From NCBI GenBank assembly GCA_963842125.1, contig CAWJFE010000005.1, positions 1,921,356-1,985,355 on the forward strand: a stretch of DNA of 64,000 nucleotides. Reading direction: 5' to 3'. The position numbers and the translations under genes were made by a program. Shown piece by piece: positions 1 to 8,744 of this stretch (its first letter is position 1; each line of letters opens with the position of its first letter). This stretch comes from an uncultured Alphaproteobacteria bacterium (lineage in GTDB: Bacteria; Pseudomonadota; Alphaproteobacteria; Rhizobiales; CAWCWK01). The notes under the pieces are model-generated. The model was not told where the DNA came from and did not search any database. It saw only the letters and a list, made by a program, of their open reading frames with translations.

Positions 1-496
1 CGGGCGTGAGCACCGGTTTGTTGGAGGTCACGTGGCGCTGGCCGTAATAGGTCATCGCGGCGATGTGGTTGCCGGTGGCGTCGGTATAGCCCTGGCTGAG
101 TTCGCTGAAGAGATCGGAATTCCGATAGGCGTCCCAGTGCGCGTAGTCGCGGAACATGTAGGGCACGCCGCCGATCGAGATCGGGCCGTAGGAGCGTCCG
201 GCAAAGAGCTGGCCGGTGTAGATGATGTCGACGGTCCCGAGGCCGAGGCCCTCGTTGATGTCGGTCTCCTTGCCGAGCGAGGACGCCGGGAAGACCTCGA
301 TGCCGTAGCGCCCATCGGTCGCGGTCTCGAGAAGGGCACCGGCATCGACGGCGCAGGTGTGATAGGGCTCGGACGTCTCGTAGACGTGCGCCCACTTTAG
401 GTCGGTCTCGCCGGCCATCGCGGCCTGCGAGAGAACGAGGAGACTGGCGGTGGCGGCCAAGGTCGCGACAAGGGTCGCGCCGGTACGAACGGTCAT
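1..496 (-). CDS. TRAP transporter solute-binding protein (DctP family); the 3' part runs off the window start
   Basis: Absent from the ORF track because it has no stop in the window. My translation starts at ATG 496..494, with GGGAGGA about 7 nt upstream. It reads MTVRTGATLVATLAATASLLVLSQAAMAGETDLKWAHVYETSEPYHTCAVDAGALLETATDGRYGIEVFPASSLGKETDINEGLGLGTVDIIYTGQLFAG... This shows a signal peptide plus the DctP-type pattern (LKxAHV, IxVFPxxxLGxE, GxxDI). Confidence 0.8.
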   Translation of the reverse strand, partial: MTVRTGATLVATLAATASLLVLSQAAMAGETDLKWAHVYETSEPYHTCAVDAGALLETATDGRYGIEVFPASSLGKETDINEGLGLGTVDIIYTGQLFAGRSYGPISIGGVPYMFRDYAHWDAYRNSDLFSELSQGYTDATGNHIAAMTYYGQRHVTSNKPVLTP

Positions 497-620
497 GGAT
501 GATTCCTCCCTGAGTGACGCCGAACCTCTTTCGGATTCTGACGTTCACACCCTAGCGACAGCCCGCGCGCGCTGGCAAGCGTTCGCTCGTGCGCTGCGCT
601 CGGCGTCGGAGCGTCCGGCC

Positions 621-1511
621 TCAGAAACCGACCGTCTTGAGGTAGTCGCGATTCGCCCGGGCGTCCGAGACCGGTGAGGTGTCGCCCTCGGGGTCGCAAT
701 CCTGCTCGACCGTGCACCAGCCCTCGAAGCCGCTTCCGACAAGGAGTTCGCGCACGGCCGGGAAATCGACCTCGCCGTCGCCGAGATTGCAGAAGATGCC
801 TTGTGCGCAGGCGTCGTAGAAGCCGGTGCGGTTGGCGATGGCGTCCGCCTTCACCGCCGGGTCTATGTCCTTGAAGTGCATGTAGGAAATACGGTCGATA
901 TGGCGACGCATGAAGTCGACCGGATCGTAGCCGGCATAGGCCGCATGGCCCGTGTCGAAGCAGAGCTTGAGGTGGGCGGGGTCGATCTCGCCCAGCAGTC
1001 GCTCGGTCTCCTCCTCGAAGTCCATGAAGCCGGCGGCGTGGGGGTGGAGAGAGACGTCGAGGCCGTATTCTTCCGAGCCGAGCTTGGCCACGTCGCGAAA
1101 GCGGCCGGCGAAGGCGTGCCATTCGTCTGCATCCATCCGCTCGGCCTCGGCGGGGCGCCCGGCCGTCGGCGCGCGGCGCGGCGAGATCGAGTCGATGAGC
1201 ACCATGTGCTTGGCCCCATGCGCCGTCAGCGCCTTGGCCGTCCGGCGGGCGCCGTCGAGCACGTCGTCCCACTGGGCGGGATCGTGAAAGGCGCGGAAGA
1301 CGACGCCGGCAACGAGAGTCAGACCGCGCGACGCGAGGGCATCGCTCAAGACGCTCGCATCCTCGGGCATATAGCCGACGGGGCCGAGCTCGATGCCGGT
1401 ATAGCCGGCTGCAACGCAGTCATCGAGCACCTGCATCCAGAGCGGATTGCGCGGATCGTCGGCGAACTCGACGCCCCAGGAGCAGGGCGCGTTGGCAATG
1501 CGGATCGTCAT
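621..1511 (-). CDS. Xylose-isomerase-like TIM-barrel enzyme, IolE (inosose dehydratase)-like
   Basis: 296-aa track ORF. The blocks LHPHAAGF..ETERL, CFDTGHAAYAG, ISYMHFKDI, GDGEVDF and GWCTVEQDCDP parallel the conserved blocks of IolE and sugar-phosphate isomerase/epimerase proteins as I recall them. ATG 1511..1509 overlaps the aldolase stop (ATGA). Confidence 0.7.
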   Translation of the reverse strand: MTIRIANAPCSWGVEFADDPRNPLWMQVLDDCVAAGYTGIELGPVGYMPEDASVLSDALASRGLTLVAGVVFRAFHDPAQWDDVLDGARRTAKALTAHGAKHMVLIDSISPRRAPTAGRPAEAERMDADEWHAFAGRFRDVAKLGSEEYGLDVSLHPHAAGFMDFEEETERLLGEIDPAHLKLCFDTGHAAYAGYDPVDFMRRHIDRISYMHFKDIDPAVKADAIANRTGFYDACAQGIFCNLGDGEVDFPAVRELLVGSGFEGWCTVEQDCDPEGDTSPVSDARANRDYLKTVGF

Positions 1512-2356
1512 GAGGCGGAACTCGTCTGGCTGGGTCGAAGCGCTCGAATGGCGCGAGCGGCCGCGTCGCGCAAGGCCGGCTCGGTAGCGGAGAGGATGGC
1601 GATACGGTCGAAGGTCGCCGGGTCGTCGTCGAGGGTCGCTCGGAGAGCTCGCCCGAAGGCTTGTCGAAGCTCCGTCCCGAGGTTGAACTTTGCGATCGGC
1701 CAGTCGCGGGCGAGGATCGCGCGGGTGTTAGACGGGATGCCGGATGCACCATGGAGGACGAGCGGGCAATCCGTGCGCGCGGCGATCTCCCGCAGCGCGA
1801 CGAGGTCGATCTCGGCTTTCGCCTCGGTCTGCAGATGAACGTTGCCGATCGAGACGGCCATCGCGTCCACGCCCGTCTCACGTGCGAACCGGGCGGCCTC
1901 GACCGGATCGGTCGGCTTCGAGATGGCGCCCTCGTCGTAGCCGACGAAGCCGATCTCGCCCTCGCAGGAAAGGCCCGCCTCATGGGCCATTTCGGCGACC
2001 GCGCGGGTCTCGGCGATGTTCTCCTCGAGCGGCAGGCGCGAGCCGTCGAACATGACGGACGTGAAGCCGGCCGCGATCGCCTCCTCACACTCGGCGCGAC
2101 TGCGGCCGTGGTCGAGATGTGCGACGACCGGCACGCTTGCACGCTCGCCGAGATGGCGGAACATCGCCGCCCAGAGCGCGATCGGCATGTGCGCCCGCGC
2201 ACCCGGCCCCGCCTGAAGGATGACGGGCGCCTTTTCGCCTTCCGCGGCCTCGACATAGGCGCGTGCATCCTCCCAACCGAGAACGACCAGGCCGGCGACG
2301 GCGTGGCCGTCCGCATTGGCCTCGGGAAGGACGCCTCGGAGCGTGGCTAGCGGCAC
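1508..2356 (-). CDS. Class II ketose-bisphosphate aldolase family (FbaA/GatY/IolJ-like)
   Basis: 282-aa ORF. PVILQAGPG, VPVVAHLDHG, SVMFDGS and CEGEIGFVG are typical class II FBP/tagatose-bisphosphate aldolase blocks. The context next to IolB-like and PfkB genes fits an IolJ-type role. Confidence 0.8.
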   Translation of the reverse strand: MPLATLRGVLPEANADGHAVAGLVVLGWEDARAYVEAAEGEKAPVILQAGPGARAHMPIALWAAMFRHLGERASVPVVAHLDHGRSRAECEEAIAAGFTSVMFDGSRLPLEENIAETRAVAEMAHEAGLSCEGEIGFVGYDEGAISKPTDPVEAARFARETGVDAMAVSIGNVHLQTEAKAEIDLVALREIAARTDCPLVLHGASGIPSNTRAILARDWPIAKFNLGTELRQAFGRALRATLDDDPATFDRIAILSATEPALRDAAARAIRALRPSQTSSAS

Positions 2357-2371
2357 GTCAATCGAACCGCG

Positions 2372-3214
2372 TCACTTGAACTTCGCCACCATGTCCTTGA
2401 TGCCCGGGATCGTCTCGATCTGATAGGCGTGGTCGGGTTGGAAATACTGCACCAACGGGCGCTGCGAAAGGCCGCCCAGGATCGTGAAATAGTACATCTC
2501 GTAGCCCGGGGCCGCCACGCAGGGGTGGTAACCGGACGGGATGCAGAAGGTCGATCCGTCGATGAGGTGGAATGCCTCGCCGACTGCTTGGCCTTCCTGT
2601 TGCAGCAGATGCAGCCCGAAACCGTGCTTGGGGCGGAAGCGGAAATTGTAGGTCTCGTCGTGGCGCGTCTCGTCCGGCAGGCGGTCGGTATCGTGCTTGT
2701 GCGGCGGGAAGCCGGACCAGCCACCGGCGCCTACCGTGAAGAGTTCCGAGACGAGCAGCCGGCCGACCTTGTCGCCCTGCTTCTGCCCGAGGATATGCTT
2801 GATCTTTCGGTGCGTCTTGGTGTCGTCGGACCCGTACTGAACGCGGTCGATGGCATCAGCCCGGACCGCGAAGGGATCGAGCACCCGGTCGAACCTGGCA
2901 CCCGCGACGAAGACCTCGGCGGCGTCGGACGTGCAAACCATGTGCGCCTTGGCCCCGCTCGGCACATAGACGCCTTCGGGCTCGCCGTCCCAGACATCCT
3001 CTTCGCGCTGGCCGATGCCCTCAAAGCGCTCGCCTTCGATCTCGATATCGACGCTGCCGGTCGCCGGAACGATGCAGGTCTCGTAGCCGGGCACGGCATA
3101 GTCGAAGGCCTGGTCGCGCTTCAGCTTTACGATGTTGAAGTAGTTGAGAGGCACGTGCGCGTCGTCGGCGTCGACGATGGCGCGGTTGGCGTTGTCGTGG
3201 GGTAGGATGTGCAT
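2372..3214 (-). CDS. IolB/KduI-family cupin isomerase (5-deoxy-glucuronate isomerase-like), divergent paralogue
   Basis: 280-aa ORF. The core GGWSGFPPHKHD...ETYNFRF...GYHPCVAAPGYEMYYF corresponds to the WSSYPPHRHD...ETYYHRL...GHHPCAAPHGYRLYYLNVM core of the second copy at 16889..17704. The rest of the protein is much more diverged. Confidence 0.75.
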   Translation of the reverse strand: MHILPHDNANRAIVDADDAHVPLNYFNIVKLKRDQAFDYAVPGYETCIVPATGSVDIEIEGERFEGIGQREEDVWDGEPEGVYVPSGAKAHMVCTSDAAEVFVAGARFDRVLDPFAVRADAIDRVQYGSDDTKTHRKIKHILGQKQGDKVGRLLVSELFTVGAGGWSGFPPHKHDTDRLPDETRHDETYNFRFRPKHGFGLHLLQQEGQAVGEAFHLIDGSTFCIPSGYHPCVAAPGYEMYYFTILGGLSQRPLVQYFQPDHAYQIETIPGIKDMVAKFK

Positions 3215-3217
3215 GGG

Positions 3218-4183
3218 TCAGGCGTGCTCCTGAAGGAAGGCGTCGAGTTCGCCCGGGGTTGGCATCGCCGGCGCGCAGCCGAAACGGCTGACGACGAGCG
3301 CGGCGGCGGCGCTGCCACGCGCGACAGCCTCGCGAAGGGATAGGCCAGCTGAGACACTGGCCAGGATGTTGCCGAGAAACGCATCGCCCGCGCCGACGGG
3401 CTTCAGCGCTTCGATCGAGGTCGGCGGGGTCTCGAACGTGTCGTCGGCGGTGAGGGTGTCGCTGCCCTGCGGTCCGCGCTTATAGATGATCGTCCGCCTG
3501 CCACCGTCGACCATGCGTTCGGCGAGCGCGCGCCCGTCTCCGCCGGCCATCCAGTCCCATTCCTCGTCGTTGCCGACGACGAAGGCGGCACTGTCGGCCG
3601 CGCGGGCGAGAACGGTGCGGGCTTCCTCCGCCGAGGGCCAGGAATAGGGCCGATAGTCGAGATCGAAGACGATGGGGAGGTCTGCGGCCCTAGCCCGCGC
3701 CATCGCGGCGAAGGCGGCGCCGCGCGAGGGCTCCGCCGCAAGGACGGTGCCGGTGAGAACGAGGCTCGCCGCCGTGCCATAGGGCAGCGCCTCAACGTCC
3801 GCCGCCTCCATCGCGAAGTCGGCCGCGTGGTGGCGATAGATGATCGACTGGAAGCCCTCGACGCGAGATTCGACGACGGCCAGCGAGTTGCGCCGCTCGT
3901 CCCCGACCGCGCGGACGAAACCGGTCTCTACGCCGTACTCCGCCAGCCGCCGCACGCAGCCACGCCCGATCGCGTCGTCCGATACGCAGGTGACCAGTGC
4001 GACCGCACCGCCCGCCCGGGCGATCGCGACAGCGATGTTTGCGGACGATCCCCCAAGGGCCGCGCGGAACGTCTCGGCGTCCTCCACAGCGGTGCCCGGC
4101 GGCTCGGCATAGAGGTCGAGCCCGGCGCGGCCAAGGACGAGATGCGGACCGTCGCCGCGTGCGACGAAGGGCGCCTGCGTCAT
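3218..4183 (-). CDS. PfkB-family sugar/sugar-acid kinase (short IolC/KdgK-like)
   Basis: I moved the start to ATG 4183..4181 (MTQAPFVARGDGPHLVLGRAGLDLY...), giving 321 aa. This start overlaps the upstream PhyH stop (ATGA). GGSSANIAVAIA is the N-terminal ribokinase-type GG motif and KPVGAGDAFLGN is the C-terminal PfkB motif. DLDYRPYSW resembles the IolC DIDYRP block. Confidence 0.8.
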   Translation of the reverse strand: MTQAPFVARGDGPHLVLGRAGLDLYAEPPGTAVEDAETFRAALGGSSANIAVAIARAGGAVALVTCVSDDAIGRGCVRRLAEYGVETGFVRAVGDERRNSLAVVESRVEGFQSIIYRHHAADFAMEAADVEALPYGTAASLVLTGTVLAAEPSRGAAFAAMARARAADLPIVFDLDYRPYSWPSAEEARTVLARAADSAAFVVGNDEEWDWMAGGDGRALAERMVDGGRRTIIYKRGPQGSDTLTADDTFETPPTSIEALKPVGAGDAFLGNILASVSAGLSLREAVARGSAAAALVVSRFGCAPAMPTPGELDAFLQEHA

Positions 4184-5343
4184 GACAGCCGGCGGCGCGT
4201 GGAATGCCCGGCCAACTGCCGGTCGAACGTTTTGGGCGTGATCCGCTCCGCCAAAGCCACGCGTAGGAGATCGGCCTGTGACTGCGGCGCGAGGCCACTT
4301 ACCGGCGGGTCGCGGTCGAGATCGGTCGGGAACGGGTAGCCTTCCGCCGTCGCCGCGATGACGGCCTCGACGGCCCGCCCGGACAGACCGCCATCCAATA
4401 GCGCCGGGTAGACGGCCCGGCACATGGCCGCCCGATCCAGCGCCTCCATCATACGCCCGAAGGCCGAGCCGATCTGGAGGAGGTTTGCAAAACGGTGGTG
4501 GTCGGGCGTGCGGTTCTCGCCGGCGGCGTGGAAGAGCGCGGGCGAGAAGAAGACCGCATCGCCAGCCTCAAGGGGGATCTGGACATGCCGCTCTTCGAAG
4601 AGCGCACGGACGTCCTCGCGGTGGATCGCGGCGTAGCCAGCCTCGAAGGTCTGCGAGAAGGGCAGCAGCTTGGTCGGACCGCTCTCCAGCGGCATGTCGG
4701 AATGCGCGATCGCCCCCTGCAAGGTCAGCAAGGCCGACATCGCGTGGACGTGCACCGGGTATTCGTCCAGGCGTTCCGCGGCCTGGAAGCCGAGGTGATA
4801 GTCCCGGTGCCCCGTCTGCGCCGCGCCGCCGGGGCGAACGAGGTTCACCTGCGCCGTCACCTGATAGCATGGGCCGAGCCAGGCTTCGGATGCCAGCCGG
4901 ATGGTCTCGCAGGCGATATAGCGGGCGTAGAGTTCGGGCGCGGCGAGGCAGAGCTTCTCGTGCGCGTTCCACAGCCGTGCATTGTTGCCGGCGGCCGCGA
5001 AATGGTCGCCGCCGCCGCCGTCCGCCGTTTCGACCTCGATCAGCCCTGTTAGAACGGCGGTCACATCGTCCAGAAGCGCACGGTCGCGAATGGCACCGCG
5101 CACGGCGAAGACACCCGCCCCGTCCCGCAGCACGCGAGCGAACTCGCCTTCGATCAGGCGGCGTGGCAGCGTCGCGATATGCGCCCCGTCATAGATGGGG
5201 ATCTCGCGGACGACCTCTATCGCGTTCGGCACGTCGCGCGCATCCGTATGGCGGTCGAGCTTCGCCGTCAGCGCCTCAATACTCTGGTCGATCTCGTCGA
5301 TCCATACCGGCGGACGCACCTGTGGTCTCGGTCTGTCCAACAT
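4180..5343 (-). CDS. PhyH (phytanoyl-CoA dioxygenase)-family Fe(II)/2-oxoglutarate dioxygenase
   Basis: I trimmed the start to ATG 5343..5341 (MLDRPRPQV...), with GGGGAGGA 7 nt upstream, giving 387 aa. RPGGAAQTGHRDYH carries the HxD iron ligands and GDAVFFSPALFHAAGENRTPDHHRFA carries the distal His and Arg. Both fit the PhyH pattern. Confidence 0.7.
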   Translation of the reverse strand: MLDRPRPQVRPPVWIDEIDQSIEALTAKLDRHTDARDVPNAIEVVREIPIYDGAHIATLPRRLIEGEFARVLRDGAGVFAVRGAIRDRALLDDVTAVLTGLIEVETADGGGGDHFAAAGNNARLWNAHEKLCLAAPELYARYIACETIRLASEAWLGPCYQVTAQVNLVRPGGAAQTGHRDYHLGFQAAERLDEYPVHVHAMSALLTLQGAIAHSDMPLESGPTKLLPFSQTFEAGYAAIHREDVRALFEERHVQIPLEAGDAVFFSPALFHAAGENRTPDHHRFANLLQIGSAFGRMMEALDRAAMCRAVYPALLDGGLSGRAVEAVIAATAEGYPFPTDLDRDPPVSGLAPQSQADLLRVALAERITPKTFDRQLAGHSTRRRLS

Positions 5344-5491
5344 TGGCGGTCCTCCCCATTCGGACACCAGTCGGAGCGGGGAGGGACGGCTCTGACACCG
5401 GCCGTCTCTTGCTCGCCGCTTCGGCCTCCGGCATAGCATGGCGAAAGCTGCGCGACCAAGCGTGCGTGGGCGTTTTTGGGAGGAAAGGCGG

Positions 5492-6601
5492 ATGCCAGAC
5501 ATCGGTATCGGCATCGTCGGCGGCGGCTATATGGGCAAGCGCCACGCCGTCGCGATGAGTGCCGTCCACCCGACCTTCGAGACGGCCCTTCGACCTCGCC
5601 TTGTATCCGTCGCCGCGACCTCGCTCACGAGCGCGGAGCGTCACCGCGACCGCTTCGGGTTCGACCGGGCGGCGGACGGCTGGCAGGCCCTCGTCGCAGA
5701 CCCCGATGTCGACGCCGTCATCGTCACGACCTACCCGGACACCCACCGCGAGATCGCCGAGGCCGCTCTCGCGCTCGGCAAGGCCGTCCTCTGCGAAAAG
5801 CCGCTCGCCGACACGATCGAGAACGCGCGCGCGATGGTGCACGCTGCCACGGGCTCCAGCGCCGCCGACATGACGGCTTTCAACTATATCCGCACCCCCG
5901 CCACGCAGGAGGCCCGCCGCCTCATCGCATCGGGTGCGCTCGGCCGGATCATCCACATTCGCGCGACCTATCGGGAAGACTATTTCGCCGATCCGTCCCG
6001 CCCGGCAAGCTGGCGCGGCCATGGCCGCCTCAACGGCGTGCTTGGTGACCTCGCGTCCCATGCGATCAACCTCGTCCTCGGGCTCGGCGGCCCGATAGAG
6101 GCGGTGCTGACGCATTTCGAGACGGTATTTCCGGAGCGCGGGGGTGAGGCCGTGGATACGGAAGATCAGGTCGACATGATCCTCCGTTTTGCGTCGGGCG
6201 TTCAGGGCAATCTCCACGTCTCGCGCGTCGCGACGGGGGCGAAGATGGGCTATACCTACGAGGTGATCGGCACCGAGGGCTCACTTCGCTTCGATCAGGA
6301 AGACCAGAACAGCCTCCATTTGTACCGCACGTCCGATCCGCAAAGACAGCGTGGCTTCACGCGCATCCTGACCGGTCCGGACCATCCCGACATGGCCGCT
6401 TTCTGCGAAGGGCCAGGCCACGGCACGGGCTATAACGACCAGATCACCATCGAGGCGCGGGACTTTCTCCACGCGATCGAGACCGGCACGGCGGCGCCGA
6501 GCACATTCGCAGACGGTCTCGCCGTCGCGGAGATCACCGAGGCCGTCTTCGCCTCCCATGGGGCCGGCGGCTGGGCCAAAGTCGAAGGAATGACCGTATG
6601 A
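5492..6601 (+). CDS. Gfo/Idh/MocA-family NAD(P) oxidoreductase
   Basis: The start is ATG 5492 after GGGAGGAAAGG, giving 369 aa. IGIGIVGGGYMGKRHA is the Rossmann motif and VLCEKPLA is the family EKP motif. Confidence 0.8.
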   Translation: MPDIGIGIVGGGYMGKRHAVAMSAVHPTFETALRPRLVSVAATSLTSAERHRDRFGFDRAADGWQALVADPDVDAVIVTTYPDTHREIAEAALALGKAVLCEKPLADTIENARAMVHAATGSSAADMTAFNYIRTPATQEARRLIASGALGRIIHIRATYREDYFADPSRPASWRGHGRLNGVLGDLASHAINLVLGLGGPIEAVLTHFETVFPERGGEAVDTEDQVDMILRFASGVQGNLHVSRVATGAKMGYTYEVIGTEGSLRFDQEDQNSLHLYRTSDPQRQRGFTRILTGPDHPDMAAFCEGPGHGTGYNDQITIEARDFLHAIETGTAAPSTFADGLAVAEITEAVFASHGAGGWAKVEGMTV

Positions 6602-7758
6602 AACGCTTGCGCTGGGGCATGGTCGGTGGCGGTGAGGGCAGCCAGATCGGGCCCGCCCATCGGCTGGGCGCCGGGTTGGACGGTCTCCTCACCTTCGCCG
6701 CCGGCGCGCTCGATGCCAATGCCGCTCGGGGCCGCGACTACGGCGCCCGCCTCGGCCTCGACCCCGCCCGCGCCTACGGCGACTGGCGCGAGATGCTGGA
6801 CGGTGAACGCGGGCGCGACGACCGGGTCGACCTCGTCACAATCGCGACACCCAACGCGACCCACGCGCCCATCGCCCTCGCCTTCCTCGAAGCCGGCTTC
6901 GACGTCTTCCTCGAGAAGCCGATGACGATGACGGTCGAGGAGGGCGAAGCGCTTGTAGCAGCCGCCGCAGCGAGCGGGGTCACCTTGAGCGTCAACTATG
7001 GCTATACGGGCTATCCGCTGGTGCGCCATGCGCGTGCGATGGTGGCGCGGGGCGACCTCGGCCGCATCCGCCTTGTCGTCACCGAACACGCCCACGGCCA
7101 CCATGCCGATGCGGCCCAGGCCGACAATCCGCGCGTGCGCTGGCGCTACGATCCCGCACAGATGGGCGTCTCCGCCCAGTTCGCCGACTGCGGCATCCAC
7201 GCGCTCCACATGGCGTCCTTCATCATCGGCCAGAACGTCGAGCGCCTCTCCGCCGACTTCATCTCGGGCATCGAAAGCCGTACGCTAGAGGACGACGCGC
7301 AGGCCAACCTCCGATTCGACGGCGGCGCGGTCGGCCGGCTCTGGACGAGCGCCATTGCGGCCGGGCGGATGCATGGGCTGGCGATCCAGGTCTTCGGCGA
7401 ACTCGGCGGCCTCGCCTGGGCGCAGGAGCAGCCCAACCAGTTGCGCTGGACGCCCGTCGGCGGGCGCACGACGATCATCGAACGCGGCGAAGCCGACCTC
7501 TCGCCCGAACACGACCGCGCCAACCGCGTCACCATCGGCCATGCCGAGGGAATGCCCCTCGCCTTCGCCAACCTCTACGCCGACCTCGCCGAACAGATCG
7601 GCGCCCGCAAGACCGGCCGCACGCCCGACCCGGCCGCGATGCTGGCGCCCACGGGCGAGGATGGCCTGCGCTCCGTCGCTGCTATCCATGCCGCCGTCGC
7701 CTCAGCGCGGGCGGAAGGCGGCTGGGTGGACGCGAGGCCGCCGTCCCTCATGACATAG
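6598..7758 (+). CDS. Gfo/Idh/MocA-family NAD(P) oxidoreductase (second copy, ATGA-coupled to the first)
   Basis: 386-aa ORF with LRWGMVGGGEGSQIGPAHR and VFLEKPMT motifs. ATG 6598 overlaps the previous stop. Confidence 0.8.
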   Translation: MKRLRWGMVGGGEGSQIGPAHRLGAGLDGLLTFAAGALDANAARGRDYGARLGLDPARAYGDWREMLDGERGRDDRVDLVTIATPNATHAPIALAFLEAGFDVFLEKPMTMTVEEGEALVAAAAASGVTLSVNYGYTGYPLVRHARAMVARGDLGRIRLVVTEHAHGHHADAAQADNPRVRWRYDPAQMGVSAQFADCGIHALHMASFIIGQNVERLSADFISGIESRTLEDDAQANLRFDGGAVGRLWTSAIAAGRMHGLAIQVFGELGGLAWAQEQPNQLRWTPVGGRTTIIERGEADLSPEHDRANRVTIGHAEGMPLAFANLYADLAEQIGARKTGRTPDPAAMLAPTGEDGLRSVAAIHAAVASARAEGGWVDARPPSLMT

Positions 7759-7818
7759 GATCGACACTCCCTTCTCCCCGGGGGGAGAAGGACGGGCTGC
7801 ACGATCCTGGGCCGACTC

Positions 7819-7926
7819 CTAGAGCGTGTCCGGTTCCTACCCATTCACCGAACGCGCTCTAGCGCATTGTTTTTGCGCGGTTCCCTACGCTGCAGTGCTA
7901 TCGCACCTCCGCTCGAACGGCTCTAG
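7819..7926. repeat. 108-nt CTAG-bounded intergenic repeat, copy 1
   Basis: An ungapped hand alignment with the reverse complement of 53986..54093 gives 94/108 identical positions. The element starts CTAGAGCG, has an internal CGCGCTCTAG and ends GGCTCTAG. Positions 1-15 and 30-44 form an imperfect hairpin. It sits between convergent genes. Confidence 0.8.
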
Positions 7927-8744
7927 ACCGTCCCGCCGAGATCGCCCGACAGTTCCTGCAATTCTCTCCCGCCGGCCATCAGGTTCTGCAGCTCGTCCAT
8001 CGTGATGTCCGATTTCGGATGCTGGCCGAGCGTCTGGCCGCGGTTGAGCACCGTGAAGCGGTCGCCGACGGCGTAGGCGTGGCGGACGTTGTGGGTGATG
8101 AAGACGACGCCAAGACCCTGCTTCCTCACCTGATCGACATAGCGCAGAACCATCGACGTCTGCGCGACGCCGAGCGCCGAGGTCGGCTCGTCGAGAATGA
8201 GGACCTTGGCGCCGAAGTAGACGGCGCGGGCAATGGCGACCGTCTGGCGCTCGCCGCCCGACAGCGTGCCGACGGCTTGGTGCGGATCGCGGATGTCGAT
8301 GCCGATCTTGGCCATCTCCTCACGCGTCACGCGATCCGCGAAGTCGAGATCGAAGCGCTGGAGCGGCCAGCGACCTTTGAGCGGCTCCTGCCCCATGAAG
8401 AAGTTCCGCGTGATCGACATCAGCGGGATCATCGCGAGGTCCTGATAGACCGTCGCGATGCCGGCCTCCTGCGCGTCGCGCGGGCTATCGAACGTCACCG
8501 GCCGGCCGTCGACGAGGATCTCCCCCGAGGTCGGCTGATGCACGCCGGACAGCGTCTTGATGAGCGTCGACTTCCCCGCGCCATTGTCGCCGAGAAGGCA
8601 GAGTACCTCGCCAGCGTTTACCTGCATCGAGACGCCGGCGAGCGCGATGACCGAGCCGAAATGCTTGACGACCTCGCGCACCTCGATCAGCGGGGTGCCC
8701 GTTGCGGCCACGGGGCGCTCCAGCGTTGCGGTCTCGGCCATCAC
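7923..8744 (-). CDS. Sugar ABC transporter ATP-binding protein (single NBD)
   Basis: 273-aa ORF. It has Walker [10 protein letters not shown], the signature LSGGERQ and Walker [11 protein letters not shown]. The start is GTG 8744 or ATG 8741, and both overlap the permease stop. Confidence 0.9.
   Translation of the reverse strand: MMAETATLERPVAATGTPLIEVREVVKHFGSVIALAGVSMQVNAGEVLCLLGDNGAGKSTLIKTLSGVHQPTSGEILVDGRPVTFDSPRDAQEAGIATVYQDLAMIPLMSITRNFFMGQEPLKGRWPLQRFDLDFADRVTREEMAKIGIDIRDPHQAVGTLSGGERQTVAIARAVYFGAKVLILDEPTSALGVAQTSMVLRYVDQVRKQGLGVVFITHNVRHAYAVGDRFTVLNRGQTLGQHPKSDITMDELQNLMAGGRELQELSGDLGGTV

Noticed and set aside
493-1272. Numerous overlapping 60-350-aa ORFs rich in Arg/Pro/Ser/Ala throughout the track, for example 493..1272, 801..1838, 1420..2316, 4485..5558 and 33960..35195.
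   Set aside because: They are off-frame or antisense readings of the real genes. Their composition is dominated by GC-rich codons and they have no motifs. They are not reported as features.
5361-5406. The inverted repeat GACGGC-N10-GCCGTC and the GACACC direct repeats in the PhyH/oxidoreductase divergent promoter, considered as an operator.
   Set aside because: The elements are short and GC-rich, so they are expected by chance in this composition. There is no second occurrence and no nearby regulator to support them.
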